64,000 bases of DNA from an uncultured Ignavibacteria bacterium. GTDB taxonomy: Bacteria > Bacteroidota > Ignavibacteria > Tepidaquicellales > OLB5. The notes beneath the pieces were generated by a model. The model was given only the letters and a program-made list of their open reading frames with translations, did not search any database and was not told the origin of the DNA. Where the stretch lies: NCBI GenBank assembly GCA_947084945.1, contig CAMTUP010000007.1, positions 6,833 to 70,832 on the forward strand, read 5' to 3'. A program made the position numbers and the translations under genes. Positions 1-10,418 of the stretch are shown one piece after another (the first letter of the stretch is position 1; every line of letters starts with the position of its first letter).

Positions 1-226
1 ATCCGGCAGTGTTTGGCAGAATTGAATATTTATTCCTGTCTATCATATTCATAATGCTTTCCTGACCATTTGCGCTTGTCAAATTCAGCCTGCGAATTGA
101 TACCGTTATGAAATCCGTTCCGCTTGCTTCGAGTGATTGAAGCATAGTTTGAGGATCAGGATACCTGGATGTCCCCACAATTAAACGCGATTTAAATTCT
201 TTACCTGCTATTATAAAATTACTCAT
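1..226 (-). CDS. thiG: Thiazole synthase, N-terminal part (runs off window start)
   Basis: Manual translation [46 protein letters not shown]...LPNTAG shows ThiG motifs; lies downstream of thiS. Confidence 0.93.
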   Translation of the reverse strand, partial: MSNFIIAGKEFKSRLIVGTSRYPDPQTMLQSLEASGTDFITVSIRRLNLTSANGQESIMNMIDRNKYSILPNTAG

Positions 227-229
227 TTA

Positions 230-292
230 CCCCACCCTAACCCTCCCTGAAAAACCAGGCTTGCAGCCCGGAGGGGAGGGAATAAAGTATTT
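230..292. repeat. REP-like palindrome CCCACCCTAACCCTCCC...GGGGAGGGA
   Basis: GC-rich hairpin in the thiS-thiG spacer; loosely related C-rich/G-rich hairpin at ~10178-10208. Confidence 0.55.
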
Positions 293-430
293 ATTTATTT
301 TCTTCACATTCAGACTACAAAAGTCTTATAATATATTATAGAAAAACAAAACCTCTAATATCAATCAATTTTCTAAAAGAAGAACAGACTTAAGACTGGT
401 TTTTCAGTTTTGTAGTCTTATTATAACTTT

Positions 431-460
431 TTTGACATTTAGATTTTGACATTTGTCATT
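431..460. repeat. Solo copy of the 30-bp TGACATT-type inverted-repeat arm
   Basis: 28/30 identical to 44668-44697. Confidence 0.85.
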
Positions 461-470
461 ATGTTTTTAA

Positions 471-677
471 TCATCCTCCTTGAACAGCGTGAACTATTTC
501 AACATTATCATTTTCATTTATCATTGTATCATTCCATTTGCTTTTGGGTATTATCATTTCATTCAATGCAACAGCAACACCTTTTGGTTCAATATTATTT
601 GATCTTGATATGACAAAATCATACAATGAAATTTTATCATCTATAATTAATTCTTCACCATTTAGCTTGATATTCAT
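471..677 (-). CDS. thiS: Sulfur carrier protein ThiS
   Basis: 68 aa, VAVALN motif, C-terminal QGG; thi operon context. Confidence 0.95.
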   Translation of the reverse strand: MNIKLNGEELIIDDKISLYDFVISRSNNIEPKGVAVALNEMIIPKSKWNDTMINENDNVEIVHAVQGG

Positions 678-684
678 TTATCTT

Positions 685-1806
685 TTATACCTTTTCTTTA
701 TAAAATCTCGATATCCCAAATCCTTTTAGTGTTTCTGAACTCGTTCCTGTTACAATCCAATCACTTAGCTCATATGCAGTTATGGGAGTTAATAGTATCC
801 CATTTCTGTAATGACCAGTTGCAAAGAATAAACCTTCTACTTCTGAATCACCAATAATTGGCATGTGGTCACGGCTGCCTGGTCTTAAGCCAACATCAAT
901 TGATTCAATTGGCAGGTCATAGATTGATGGAACCGCTTCCCATCCTCTTTCAAGCAATCTGAATATTTCACCTGCTGTTGGCTGCACATCATAGCCCATT
1001 TCTTCAACACTTGCGCCGAGGATTAGTCTTCCATCGCTCTTAGGTAATAGATAAACATCCGGCGCGCGAACAACTTTTGTTAATCTGCATGAATCGTTTA
1101 ATCTTAGATTAATTATTTGTCCTTTAACAGGTCTGACCGGCGGCAATAAGTTTTCAGGTAATCCCGGAATTTGCTTTGACCAAGCGCCACCTGCTACTAT
1201 TACATTATCAAAATTAATATCTGTGCCGTGAATATTTACACCTGTTACTTTGCCTCCAGAAATATTTATGTTTTCAACATTATGTTCTTCATAAAGTTTC
1301 CCGCCGCATTTTACAAATGCTTTTTTCAGAGCTTCAAGCATAAGCCTGTTATTGACCTGCGCATCGTCTTCTATCCATATAGCTCCGGTGCATCTTGGCG
1401 AAAGGAATGGTTCTACTTCCCTTGCTTCGCTGCTGGAAAGCCATACAACAGGCAAACCTATTTTTTCGCGGAAATCATATAGCCTGCGTAATCTTTCAGC
1501 GTCATCTCTATCAAATGCCGGCAGAATGCATCCGGTTTTTTCAACTTCAACTTTTATTCCGCTATCGTTATATAATTCTTCAAGAAATTTGGGATACAGT
1601 TCCAGACTTTTTCTGCAAAGATAAAAATGATCAATATCCTCAAATCCCATTTCAGCCTGTGGAGCAAGCATTCCCGCAGCAGCCCAACTTGCGCTTTTTC
1701 CCGCTAAGTCACGTTCAAGTATTTCTACATTAATCCCCTTCTTAGCAAGCTGCCAGCCAACTGAGAGTCCGATTATTCCACCGCCTATGATTACTGCATT
1801 TTTCAT
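685..1806 (-). CDS. thiO: Glycine oxidase ThiO
   Basis: GGGIIG FAD motif, AAAGML, PVKGQ, GHYRNGILLTP. Start moved to ATG at 1806 because the TTG extension lies in a repeat. Confidence 0.93.
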   Translation of the reverse strand: MKNAVIIGGGIIGLSVGWQLAKKGINVEILERDLAGKSASWAAAGMLAPQAEMGFEDIDHFYLCRKSLELYPKFLEELYNDSGIKVEVEKTGCILPAFDRDDAERLRRLYDFREKIGLPVVWLSSSEAREVEPFLSPRCTGAIWIEDDAQVNNRLMLEALKKAFVKCGGKLYEEHNVENINISGGKVTGVNIHGTDINFDNVIVAGGAWSKQIPGLPENLLPPVRPVKGQIINLRLNDSCRLTKVVRAPDVYLLPKSDGRLILGASVEEMGYDVQPTAGEIFRLLERGWEAVPSIYDLPIESIDVGLRPGSRDHMPIIGDSEVEGLFFATGHYRNGILLTPITAYELSDWIVTGTSSETLKGFGISRFYKEKV

Positions 1807-1839
1807 ATATACACCGCTAAGTCGCAAAGACGCAAAGTT

Positions 1840-1931
1840 TTAAAAATCGTTAACAATTCTATCGAAACTATCATTAAATAATTTGATTTTAAATTTATAA
1901 AACGTAAAACTTTTATCCCATAATAATTCAT
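1840..1931 (-). pseudogene. Internally deleted GxxExxY remnant
   Basis: Starts ATGAATTAT like the intact gene and ends KFKIKLFNDSFDRIVNDF* versus NFNVKLLKDGFKRIVNNF*; 92 nt, out of frame. Confidence 0.75.
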
Positions 1932-1971
1932 TTTTTTCTTTGCGTCTCAGCGACTTTGCGGTAAAATTGTT

Positions 1972-2385
1972 TTAGAAATTGTTAACAATTCTCTTAAATC
2001 CGTCTTTTAATAATTTGACATTAAAATTCACTAAAAAACCTAACTTTTTATTCGTATGCTTGAGATAGGATATTATTTGAGCATGATAAACAGGAATCAT
2101 ACTTTCACTTGATTTTATTTCTATTATTATCAACCCGTCTACTATGATATCAATTCTAAATTCTTTTGAAAGTGGGTAGCCTTTGTAAAATAATGGTAAG
2201 AGAACCTGATTAATAGCAGGAATACCCCTTATATCGAATTCTTTCATCAAGCATAATTCATAAACAGATTCTAAAAGCCCTGGCCCCATTTCCTTATGAA
2301 CTGTTATACAAGAATCCAATATTTCGGCAGATAGAAAATCTAATTTTTCTTTTTCAGTTGAAAACTGTCTTTCTGAATAATTCAT
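1972..2385 (-). CDS. GxxExxY family protein (PD-(D/E)XK-like)
   Basis: GPGLLESVYE motif, RIDIIV..IIIEIKS, AQIISYLK, GFLVNF. Confidence 0.92.
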   Translation of the reverse strand: MNYSERQFSTEKEKLDFLSAEILDSCITVHKEMGPGLLESVYELCLMKEFDIRGIPAINQVLLPLFYKGYPLSKEFRIDIIVDGLIIIEIKSSESMIPVYHAQIISYLKHTNKKLGFLVNFNVKLLKDGFKRIVNNF

Positions 2386-2424
2386 AATATTCTTTGCGTC
2401 TTGGCGACTTTGCGGTTATTCTTG

Positions 2425-4428
<2,004 letters not shown>

Positions 4429-4505
4429 TTAATATATCAGATTCTGGATTTTATATTTTTATTTTCTTTATTTATTAATAATAGACCCTTCACTTCGTTC
4501 AGGGT

Positions 4506-4568
4506 AAAAAAAACCGTTTATCCATTTTCAACTTCCTAACGCAGGAAAATTGATACAGGATAAACGGT
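4506..4568 (-). terminator. Riboswitch expression-platform terminator
   Basis: ACCGTTTATCC/GGATAAACGGT stem followed by a U-run on the minus strand, between the aptamer and thiC. Confidence 0.7.
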
Positions 4569-4577
4569 CTTATTCTG

Positions 4578-4673
4578 TTTTCCTACGCCGGCATTACCCG
4601 GATCAGGTTTCTTTCCACTTAGAGCGGAAAAGGGTATAGTCTCAGCCTCTTTTATATATAGAAGCACCCCTTT
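4578..4673 (-). promoter_or_regulatory. TPP riboswitch
   Basis: Minus strand GGGGTGCT...GCTGAGA..ATACCC...CCTGATCCGGGTAATGCCGGCGTAGGAA matches the TPP consensus; upstream of thiC. Confidence 0.95.
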
Positions 4674-4684
4674 ATTATGTAATG

Positions 4685-4692
4685 CAAATATA
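4685..4692 (-). promoter_or_regulatory. Bacteroidota-type -7 box (TATATTTG)
   Basis: TAnnTTTG about 12 nt upstream of the riboswitch 5' end. Confidence 0.55.
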
Positions 4693-4779
4693 GTTAAATT
4701 GTATTAATAATGAAACGAAAATAATTATGGCAAAATTCTTTTAATTTTACAAATCTTATAAAGATTTCAAATAATCACT

Positions 4780-5439
4780 TCAACAATTTAAAGTATAAAA
4801 ATCCTCTTTTTCGTGGTTATGCAGTCGGATAAGATCAGCACGTACAAGATTTACAAGTATCCTGCTTGCCCTGCGGTTTGATAAGTTAAGATATTCTCTG
4901 AACTGCTGCATGGTTACCCGCTCATTTTTAGTTAAATACTCTATCAAAGCTTTTTCTTTATCACCAAGATTTATTATCTGTGCCGGTGAATCTGCCCTTA
5001 GTTTCTTAAGGACCTTTACAGTTTCTTTTGATGCCTGCACCGATTTATCTTTAACCCTGATATATACTTTTGATTCATCTTCATCCTGTTTGCCATCCCG
5101 AGTACTCGGGATAAGTCTATGGGGCTTTGTTTTGCTTTCAGGGATATTTGTTACAATTACATCCTTTCTATATATATGCATAATATCAACAGTGTAATTT
5201 AATTCAGGTTCACAGAAGAATTTTGCTGCCAAATCGATATATTCAATTTCACCTTTTTCACTTTCAACCCCCACAACTGTTTTATCGTCATCAATGCCAA
5301 ACAAAATTTTACCGCCATGTGTATTTGCAAAAGCTATCATTTCTTTTGCTATCTTTTCAGGTTCAGTGAACTTACGTTTAAATTCGACGGTTTGGTTCTC
5401 ACCGTTTTCTATCAGTTCATTTAATTCGTATAGTGTCAT
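4780..5439 (-). CDS. Schlafen/AlbA_2-domain protein with C-terminal HTH
   Basis: GENQTVEFK, IAKEMIAFANTHGGKILFGIDD; C-terminal wHTH-like segment. Confidence 0.85.
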   Translation of the reverse strand: MTLYELNELIENGENQTVEFKRKFTEPEKIAKEMIAFANTHGGKILFGIDDDKTVVGVESEKGEIEYIDLAAKFFCEPELNYTVDIMHIYRKDVIVTNIPESKTKPHRLIPSTRDGKQDEDESKVYIRVKDKSVQASKETVKVLKKLRADSPAQIINLGDKEKALIEYLTKNERVTMQQFREYLNLSNRRASRILVNLVRADLIRLHNHEKEDFYTLNC

Positions 5440-5476
5440 AATAATAGAAGTAACTCCGTTTGGTAAAATGAAAATA

Positions 5477-5914
5477 CTACTTTGTTTTGGAATTATCGAG
5501 GTAGCTTTGCAGCATTAAGGAAGCGGAGATTATATCAAGATTGCCTTTTATCTGTCTTTTCTTTTTCTTCATTCCTGATTCAAGCATAGAATCCAATGCC
5601 ATTTTTGAAGTAAATCGTTCATCCCATCTTACTATATTAATGGTATCAAATAAAGTGGTATTAAGAGTTTTTTTAAGTTCTTCTTCAAACTTTTCAACCT
5701 CTAAAGTTTGCGGAGATTTCTCACCCCTTAAATTAAGCGGATAACCAATAATAATAAGAGCAATATTATCATTTGTAATTATCTTCTTAATTGCTTCAAA
5801 CGTGCCTTTGTTATTTGGTATAACTTCCCTGCCAAATGCAATTGTGTGGGAATCATCTGAAACAGCAATTCCAATTCTAACAGAACCATGATCTATGCCA
5901 AGAATTTTGCTCAT
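5477..5914 (-). CDS. ruvX: YqgF/RuvX pre-16S rRNA nuclease
   Basis: ILGIDHGSVRIGIAVSD, GYPL, WDERFTS, D..SA..MLQSYLD. Confidence 0.93.
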   Translation of the reverse strand: MSKILGIDHGSVRIGIAVSDDSHTIAFGREVIPNNKGTFEAIKKIITNDNIALIIIGYPLNLRGEKSPQTLEVEKFEEELKKTLNTTLFDTINIVRWDERFTSKMALDSMLESGMKKKKRQIKGNLDIISASLMLQSYLDNSKTK

Positions 5915-5985
5915 TTTGAATATATATGCAGAATTATAGAGAACAATTAAATTAGAGAGATCAAAAATAGGAAAAAGAAAAATAA

Positions 5986-6030
5986 CAAATCAATCCCGTC
6001 TGAAAGACTCGGGATTGATTTGAAAAAAAA
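5986..6030. terminator. Hairpin, probable terminator downstream of the HU-like gene
   Basis: CAAATCAATCCCG/CGGGATTGATTTG stem with A-rich flanks. Confidence 0.6.
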
Positions 6031-6074
6031 CTCTAGTAGTTTGAAGTAATATCCTTTTTAAGAATAAAACAGAA

Positions 6075-6416
6075 TTAAACTAAAGGTCTTTTAAGGAATT
6101 CTTTTAGTAATTTACCGGCTTTAAAATGCATTTTCTTCCTTGCCGGAACATATACAAATTCACCGGTTTTAAGATTTCTTGCTTTTGGTTTTGGTTTTGT
6201 TATTTTAACTTCAAACACACCAAAATCACGTATCTCGATCCTTAGATCAGGACTTGCAGTCATTAGCAATTCTCTGATGCTATCGAACAAAGCATCAACA
6301 GCAGCTTTTTCAGTGATCTTTCTGCCTTCAAACTTTTTTGCAAGTTTGATCTCGATATCCTTTTTAGTAAGTGTTCTTACCCGAATTTTCTTTTCTTTTG
6401 TAGTTTCCATATTCAT
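6075..6416 (-). CDS. HU/IHF family DNA-binding protein
   Basis: IEIRDFGVFEV, ARNLKTGE, VPARKKMHFKAGKLLKE. Confidence 0.9.
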   Translation of the reverse strand: MNMETTKEKKIRVRTLTKKDIEIKLAKKFEGRKITEKAAVDALFDSIRELLMTASPDLRIEIRDFGVFEVKITKPKPKARNLKTGEFVYVPARKKMHFKAGKLLKEFLKRPLV

Positions 6417-6438
6417 TCTCCCTTAAAATTAAAAAATA

Positions 6439-7011
6439 TTATTTATTTTCAATAAATCTGTTAAAATATGATACTAATGATATAATTGCTACTACTACAG
6501 ATGAAAATAGCAAAATGGTATATAAAAGTTCCGTAATTTCACTATGATAGGAAAAAAAACTTCCAAACTCTCCAAATTTTGCTCCATTTGCAAATATTGC
6601 TGAAAAAATTGTTGCCCCAATTGCAAAAACAGCCAGCTTCCCTAACCAATTTGACTGCAACACTATGTTCTTTTTAGAGCTTAAATATAAGCCTCCACTG
6701 AGGATAACCGCATCACGCAAAATAGTGATAATTACATACCAAAGCGGAATTATTCCTTTGAATAGTAAAATTAACACAATTGAAATTACTGTTGCTTTAT
6801 CTGCCAAAGGATCAATTATTTTTCCCAACTCGCTTATTTCATTTCTACTCCTTGCAAAATAGCCGTCAAGCAGGTCAGAAAACCAGATTAAGACAATTAA
6901 AACACATGTTATAAAATAATTATCATTCAGTAAAAAATATATTGTTATGCCAAGCAATAAAAACCTTGACATACTTATTAAATTTGATATGTAAAAAAAT
7001 TCTTTTTTCAT
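6439..7011 (-). CDS. CDP-alcohol phosphatidyltransferase (PgsA-like)
   Basis: SDLLDGYFAR...GKIIDPLADK motif. Confidence 0.88.
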   Translation of the reverse strand: MKKEFFYISNLISMSRFLLLGITIYFLLNDNYFITCVLIVLIWFSDLLDGYFARSRNEISELGKIIDPLADKATVISIVLILLFKGIIPLWYVIITILRDAVILSGGLYLSSKKNIVLQSNWLGKLAVFAIGATIFSAIFANGAKFGEFGSFFSYHSEITELLYTILLFSSVVVAIISLVSYFNRFIENK

Positions 7012-7400
7012 AAACTATGATATATGTATCCTATCATTACCTGTAATAACACTCTATTGAAATATGGTATTCCATTGAACATTTTTATTCAAAGTATCAG
7101 ATAATATCAATGATACTTATTTTAATTAAACCAATATCAATTGTTAAAGGAACATTTAATCCCGAAACGATAATTCTATCAACAACCGGAAAATTAATTC
7201 CTGTTGCTGCTCTTAAATGAATTATTCGCAATTGAGAAAAAACTATAAAATTAATAAGAATATGAATATTACTACATAAATTTTATATATTTATGTTCTA
7301 AATATACTAAAATATAATTTGAAAAATAACTCATTTTTTTAGCTTTTTTATTATATATGGCATAGTTATTTTACTTAATACCTAAAAATATATTCAAATA

Positions 7401-8732
7401 ATGTTAAAATTCTTAACAATTACAATAATATTAATGTTTATAACAACTGTTCAGTTTATAGCTCAGTCAGCAAAAATTGATTTTGAAGAATTTGATCTTG
7501 GTAATGGTTTACATGTAATTTTGCATAAAGATAACACAAATCCTATAGTAAGCGTGGATATTTGGTACCATGTTGGCGCAAAGGATGAAGTCCCGGGCAG
7601 AACAGGATTTGCTCATTTATTTGAACATATGATGTTCCAAGGGTCAAATAATGTAAAAAAAACAGAGCATTTTAATTATATACAAAATGCAGGAGGTACG
7701 CTAAATGGAACAACTAGCCAGGATAGGACAAACTATTTTGCAACTGTACCAAGCAATCAGTTAGAATTATTATTATGGCTGGAATCAGACCGAATGGCAA
7801 CACTACAGGTAACCCAGGAAAATTTTGATAATCAAAGAGAGGTTGTTAAAGAAGAAAAACGCCAGCGATACGATAATGTTCCGTATGGTTCAAGATGGGG
7901 CGAATTGATGAAGCGGGCTTTTAAAGGTCAATCCTATGAATGGATCCCAATTGGAAGTATGGAAGACCTGAACAATGCTGATCTAAATTATGCCCAGGAA
8001 TTCTACAGGAAATATTACTCGCCCGATAATGCAGTACTTGTTATTTCGGGTGATATTGATTTTGATAATGCAAAAAAACTAGCTGAGAAATATTTTGGAG
8101 ATATAAAACCTGCCAATACTAAAAAAAATAAATATCCTGAAATAATTTTCAACCAGGGTGAAGTTAAAGATGTTATTTATGACAATGTTCAGCTACCTGC
8201 AGTATATATTGGTTACAAAATTCCGGGATTAAAAGATAAAGATGTTCATGCTCTTGAGTTGATATCACTTATTCTTGGCGATGGAAGAAGTTCAAGGCTT
8301 TATAAGGATATTGTATATGATAGAAAATCAGCCAAATCAATTGGATCATTTTTATGGGATAATGAAGTTGGCGGGTTATTAATAATTACTGCTACCGGAT
8401 TTAAAAATACCAATCCCGTTTCATTGATAGATAATATTACAAATATTATTAACAGCATTAGTATTAAAGAGGTAAACGATAAAGAATTTGAAAAGGCAAA
8501 GAATTCAATTGAAAACGATTTTATTAATAATCTTCAAACAGTAATGGGAAAAGCTGATGCCTTGGCAAGTTACTGGACATTCTATAAAAATACAAATTTG
8601 ATTAATACTATAGTTGGTAAATACTTAGATGTAACAAAAGAACAAATTTTAACGGCAGCAAATAAATATCTAAACACAAATAACAGGGTTGTATTAACCT
8701 ATTTGCCAAATATAGATAAGAAAGTAAACTGA
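7401..8732 (+). CDS. M16 (pitrilysin-family) zinc peptidase, signal peptide
   Basis: HLFEH inverted zincin motif, WLESDRM. Confidence 0.93.
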   Translation: MLKFLTITIILMFITTVQFIAQSAKIDFEEFDLGNGLHVILHKDNTNPIVSVDIWYHVGAKDEVPGRTGFAHLFEHMMFQGSNNVKKTEHFNYIQNAGGTLNGTTSQDRTNYFATVPSNQLELLLWLESDRMATLQVTQENFDNQREVVKEEKRQRYDNVPYGSRWGELMKRAFKGQSYEWIPIGSMEDLNNADLNYAQEFYRKYYSPDNAVLVISGDIDFDNAKKLAEKYFGDIKPANTKKNKYPEIIFNQGEVKDVIYDNVQLPAVYIGYKIPGLKDKDVHALELISLILGDGRSSRLYKDIVYDRKSAKSIGSFLWDNEVGGLLIITATGFKNTNPVSLIDNITNIINSISIKEVNDKEFEKAKNSIENDFINNLQTVMGKADALASYWTFYKNTNLINTIVGKYLDVTKEQILTAANKYLNTNNRVVLTYLPNIDKKVN

Positions 8733-8736
8733 CTTA

Positions 8737-10068
8737 ATGATTGAAAACGCTTTTAAAGATATTAACAAACCAAACAACCGTTCAGTAACCGGTGCTGTTG
8801 TGATAAAAAATGCATGTGAGATAAAAATTACAGAGCACACCCTTAACAATGGCTTAAAACTTGAGCTTACCGAAGATAGATCGATACCTTCGGTTGCTAT
8901 CAACTTATGCTATCATGTAGGTTCAAAAGATGAGGATCCAGATAAACGCGGATATGCGCATTTGTTTGAGCACTTGATGTTTGAAGGCTCTAAAAACGTT
9001 GAACCGGGTGATTATGACAGACTATCACTCAAAGCAGGTTGTGAAAATAATGCTTATACTACTGAAGATAAGACTAACTATTATTTATTAGCACCTTCGC
9101 ACCAGTTGGAATTTGGCTTGTGGCTGGAATCCGACAGGATGCTTGAGTTTTCTGTATCAGAAGAAAGCCTTGAGATTCAAAAAGGTGTTGTAATTGAAGA
9201 AAAGAAACAGGTGTTTGATAACAAGCCATATGGAAGCGTAAGCTTAAACTTAGCACCATTGTTGTATAAAAATAACGGTTATAGCTGGGATACTATTGGC
9301 GATGAAAATGATATTGAACAAGCATCATTAGATAACATTAAAGAATTTTACGAAAAATATTACACCCCCAATAATGCAGTTCTGACTATTGCGGGTGATA
9401 TTGATACAGAAAATGCAATTAAGCTTACAGAAAAATATTTCGGTTCAATAGCAAAAGGTAAATTTAACAGAAACCATAATGAATTTACAGATGAACCTAT
9501 AAATGGTGAGATAAAAAAAATTATATATGATGAAATTCAACTTCCTGGAATATTTGGAGCATACAAACTTCCAAAGGAAGATTCAAAAGAATATTACATA
9601 TTTGAGATAATGACAGATATCCTTTCAACTGGAGACAGCTCAAGATTGTATAATGAACTTGTCTATCAAAAACAGCTTGTATCAGATGTCGGGTGCTGGG
9701 TTGAGGGCAGAGAGTATTCAGGATTACTTCACTTTTATGCTATATTGCTGCCGGGGATTGAGTTAGATAAAGTTCAGTATGAATTTGACAGAATAATTGA
9801 TGATGTTATAAAAGGCTCGTTGAAACAAAATGAACTTGATAAAATTAAGAACAGGATAGAAACAAGGCATATTTACAGAATGCAGACAAATCTTTCAAAG
9901 GCTGATATGATTTCGCATTATAAAACTTTTTATAATGATCCTTATATGATAAATACAAATATTGATAAATATATGGAAATATCACTTGAGGATATACAAA
10001 CAGCAGCAGAAAAATACCTGAAAAACCAAGGCAGAGTTATTTTAAACTATCTGCCAAATGTTAAATAA
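8737..10068 (+). CDS. M16 zinc peptidase, no clear signal peptide
   Basis: HLFEH, NNAYT, WLESDRM. Confidence 0.92.
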   Translation: MIENAFKDINKPNNRSVTGAVVIKNACEIKITEHTLNNGLKLELTEDRSIPSVAINLCYHVGSKDEDPDKRGYAHLFEHLMFEGSKNVEPGDYDRLSLKAGCENNAYTTEDKTNYYLLAPSHQLEFGLWLESDRMLEFSVSEESLEIQKGVVIEEKKQVFDNKPYGSVSLNLAPLLYKNNGYSWDTIGDENDIEQASLDNIKEFYEKYYTPNNAVLTIAGDIDTENAIKLTEKYFGSIAKGKFNRNHNEFTDEPINGEIKKIIYDEIQLPGIFGAYKLPKEDSKEYYIFEIMTDILSTGDSSRLYNELVYQKQLVSDVGCWVEGREYSGLLHFYAILLPGIELDKVQYEFDRIIDDVIKGSLKQNELDKIKNRIETRHIYRMQTNLSKADMISHYKTFYNDPYMINTNIDKYMEISLEDIQTAAEKYLKNQGRVILNYLPNVK

Positions 10069-10083
10069 GGCAATTAACTTTTA

Positions 10084-10418
10084 ATGATACAAAAAATAAA
10101 AATAATGTATTTTAGGGGTTCTAAAATTATCTTGTTGTTGCTGAACTTAAAAAGTCAAGTAAACAATATAGTGTATAACCCCCTTGTGTTCCCCCTTTCA
10201 GGGGGAAATGATAATTTTGTTCGCTCATATCTTCGCCAGATCTTAAACCTTTCAGAAGAAAATGATAAAATAAAAGGCGGTTTTAAATTAGCTTGTTTTT
10301 ATTGAAGATGCACCAGCAGACACGTTAAGAAAACAGCCAGTCAGCACCAACAATGTGGTAGTACGCATTTAAGAAAAAAAATAAGCAGTTATTATATGAT
10401 ACAAAAAATAAAAATAAT
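10084..10418. repeat. ~290-bp insert flanked by a 23-bp direct repeat of the downstream gene start
   Basis: ATGATACAAAAAATAAAAATAAT at 10084-10106 and 10396-10418; internal imperfect IR and GC hairpin. Confidence 0.7.

Larger units (their letters stand above)
1813..2416. mobile_element. GxxExxY cassette bracketed by 25-bp repeats
   Basis: ACCGCTAAGTCGCAAAGACGCAAAG at 1813-1837; inverted copies at 1938-1962 (22/25) and 2392-2416 (23/25); interrupts thiC-thiO. Confidence 0.7.

Noticed and set aside
4780-5439. Anti-phage defence island around the Schlafen/AlbA gene
   Set aside because: Neighbours are housekeeping genes (ruvX, HU-like); no other defence genes
7020-7230. Possible decayed gene between the pgsA-like gene and the M16 operon
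   Set aside because: Only short open stretches; no recognisable motif
10084-10305. 73-aa ORF as a real gene
   Set aside because: Begins with the duplicated start of the next gene and reads through repeat DNA
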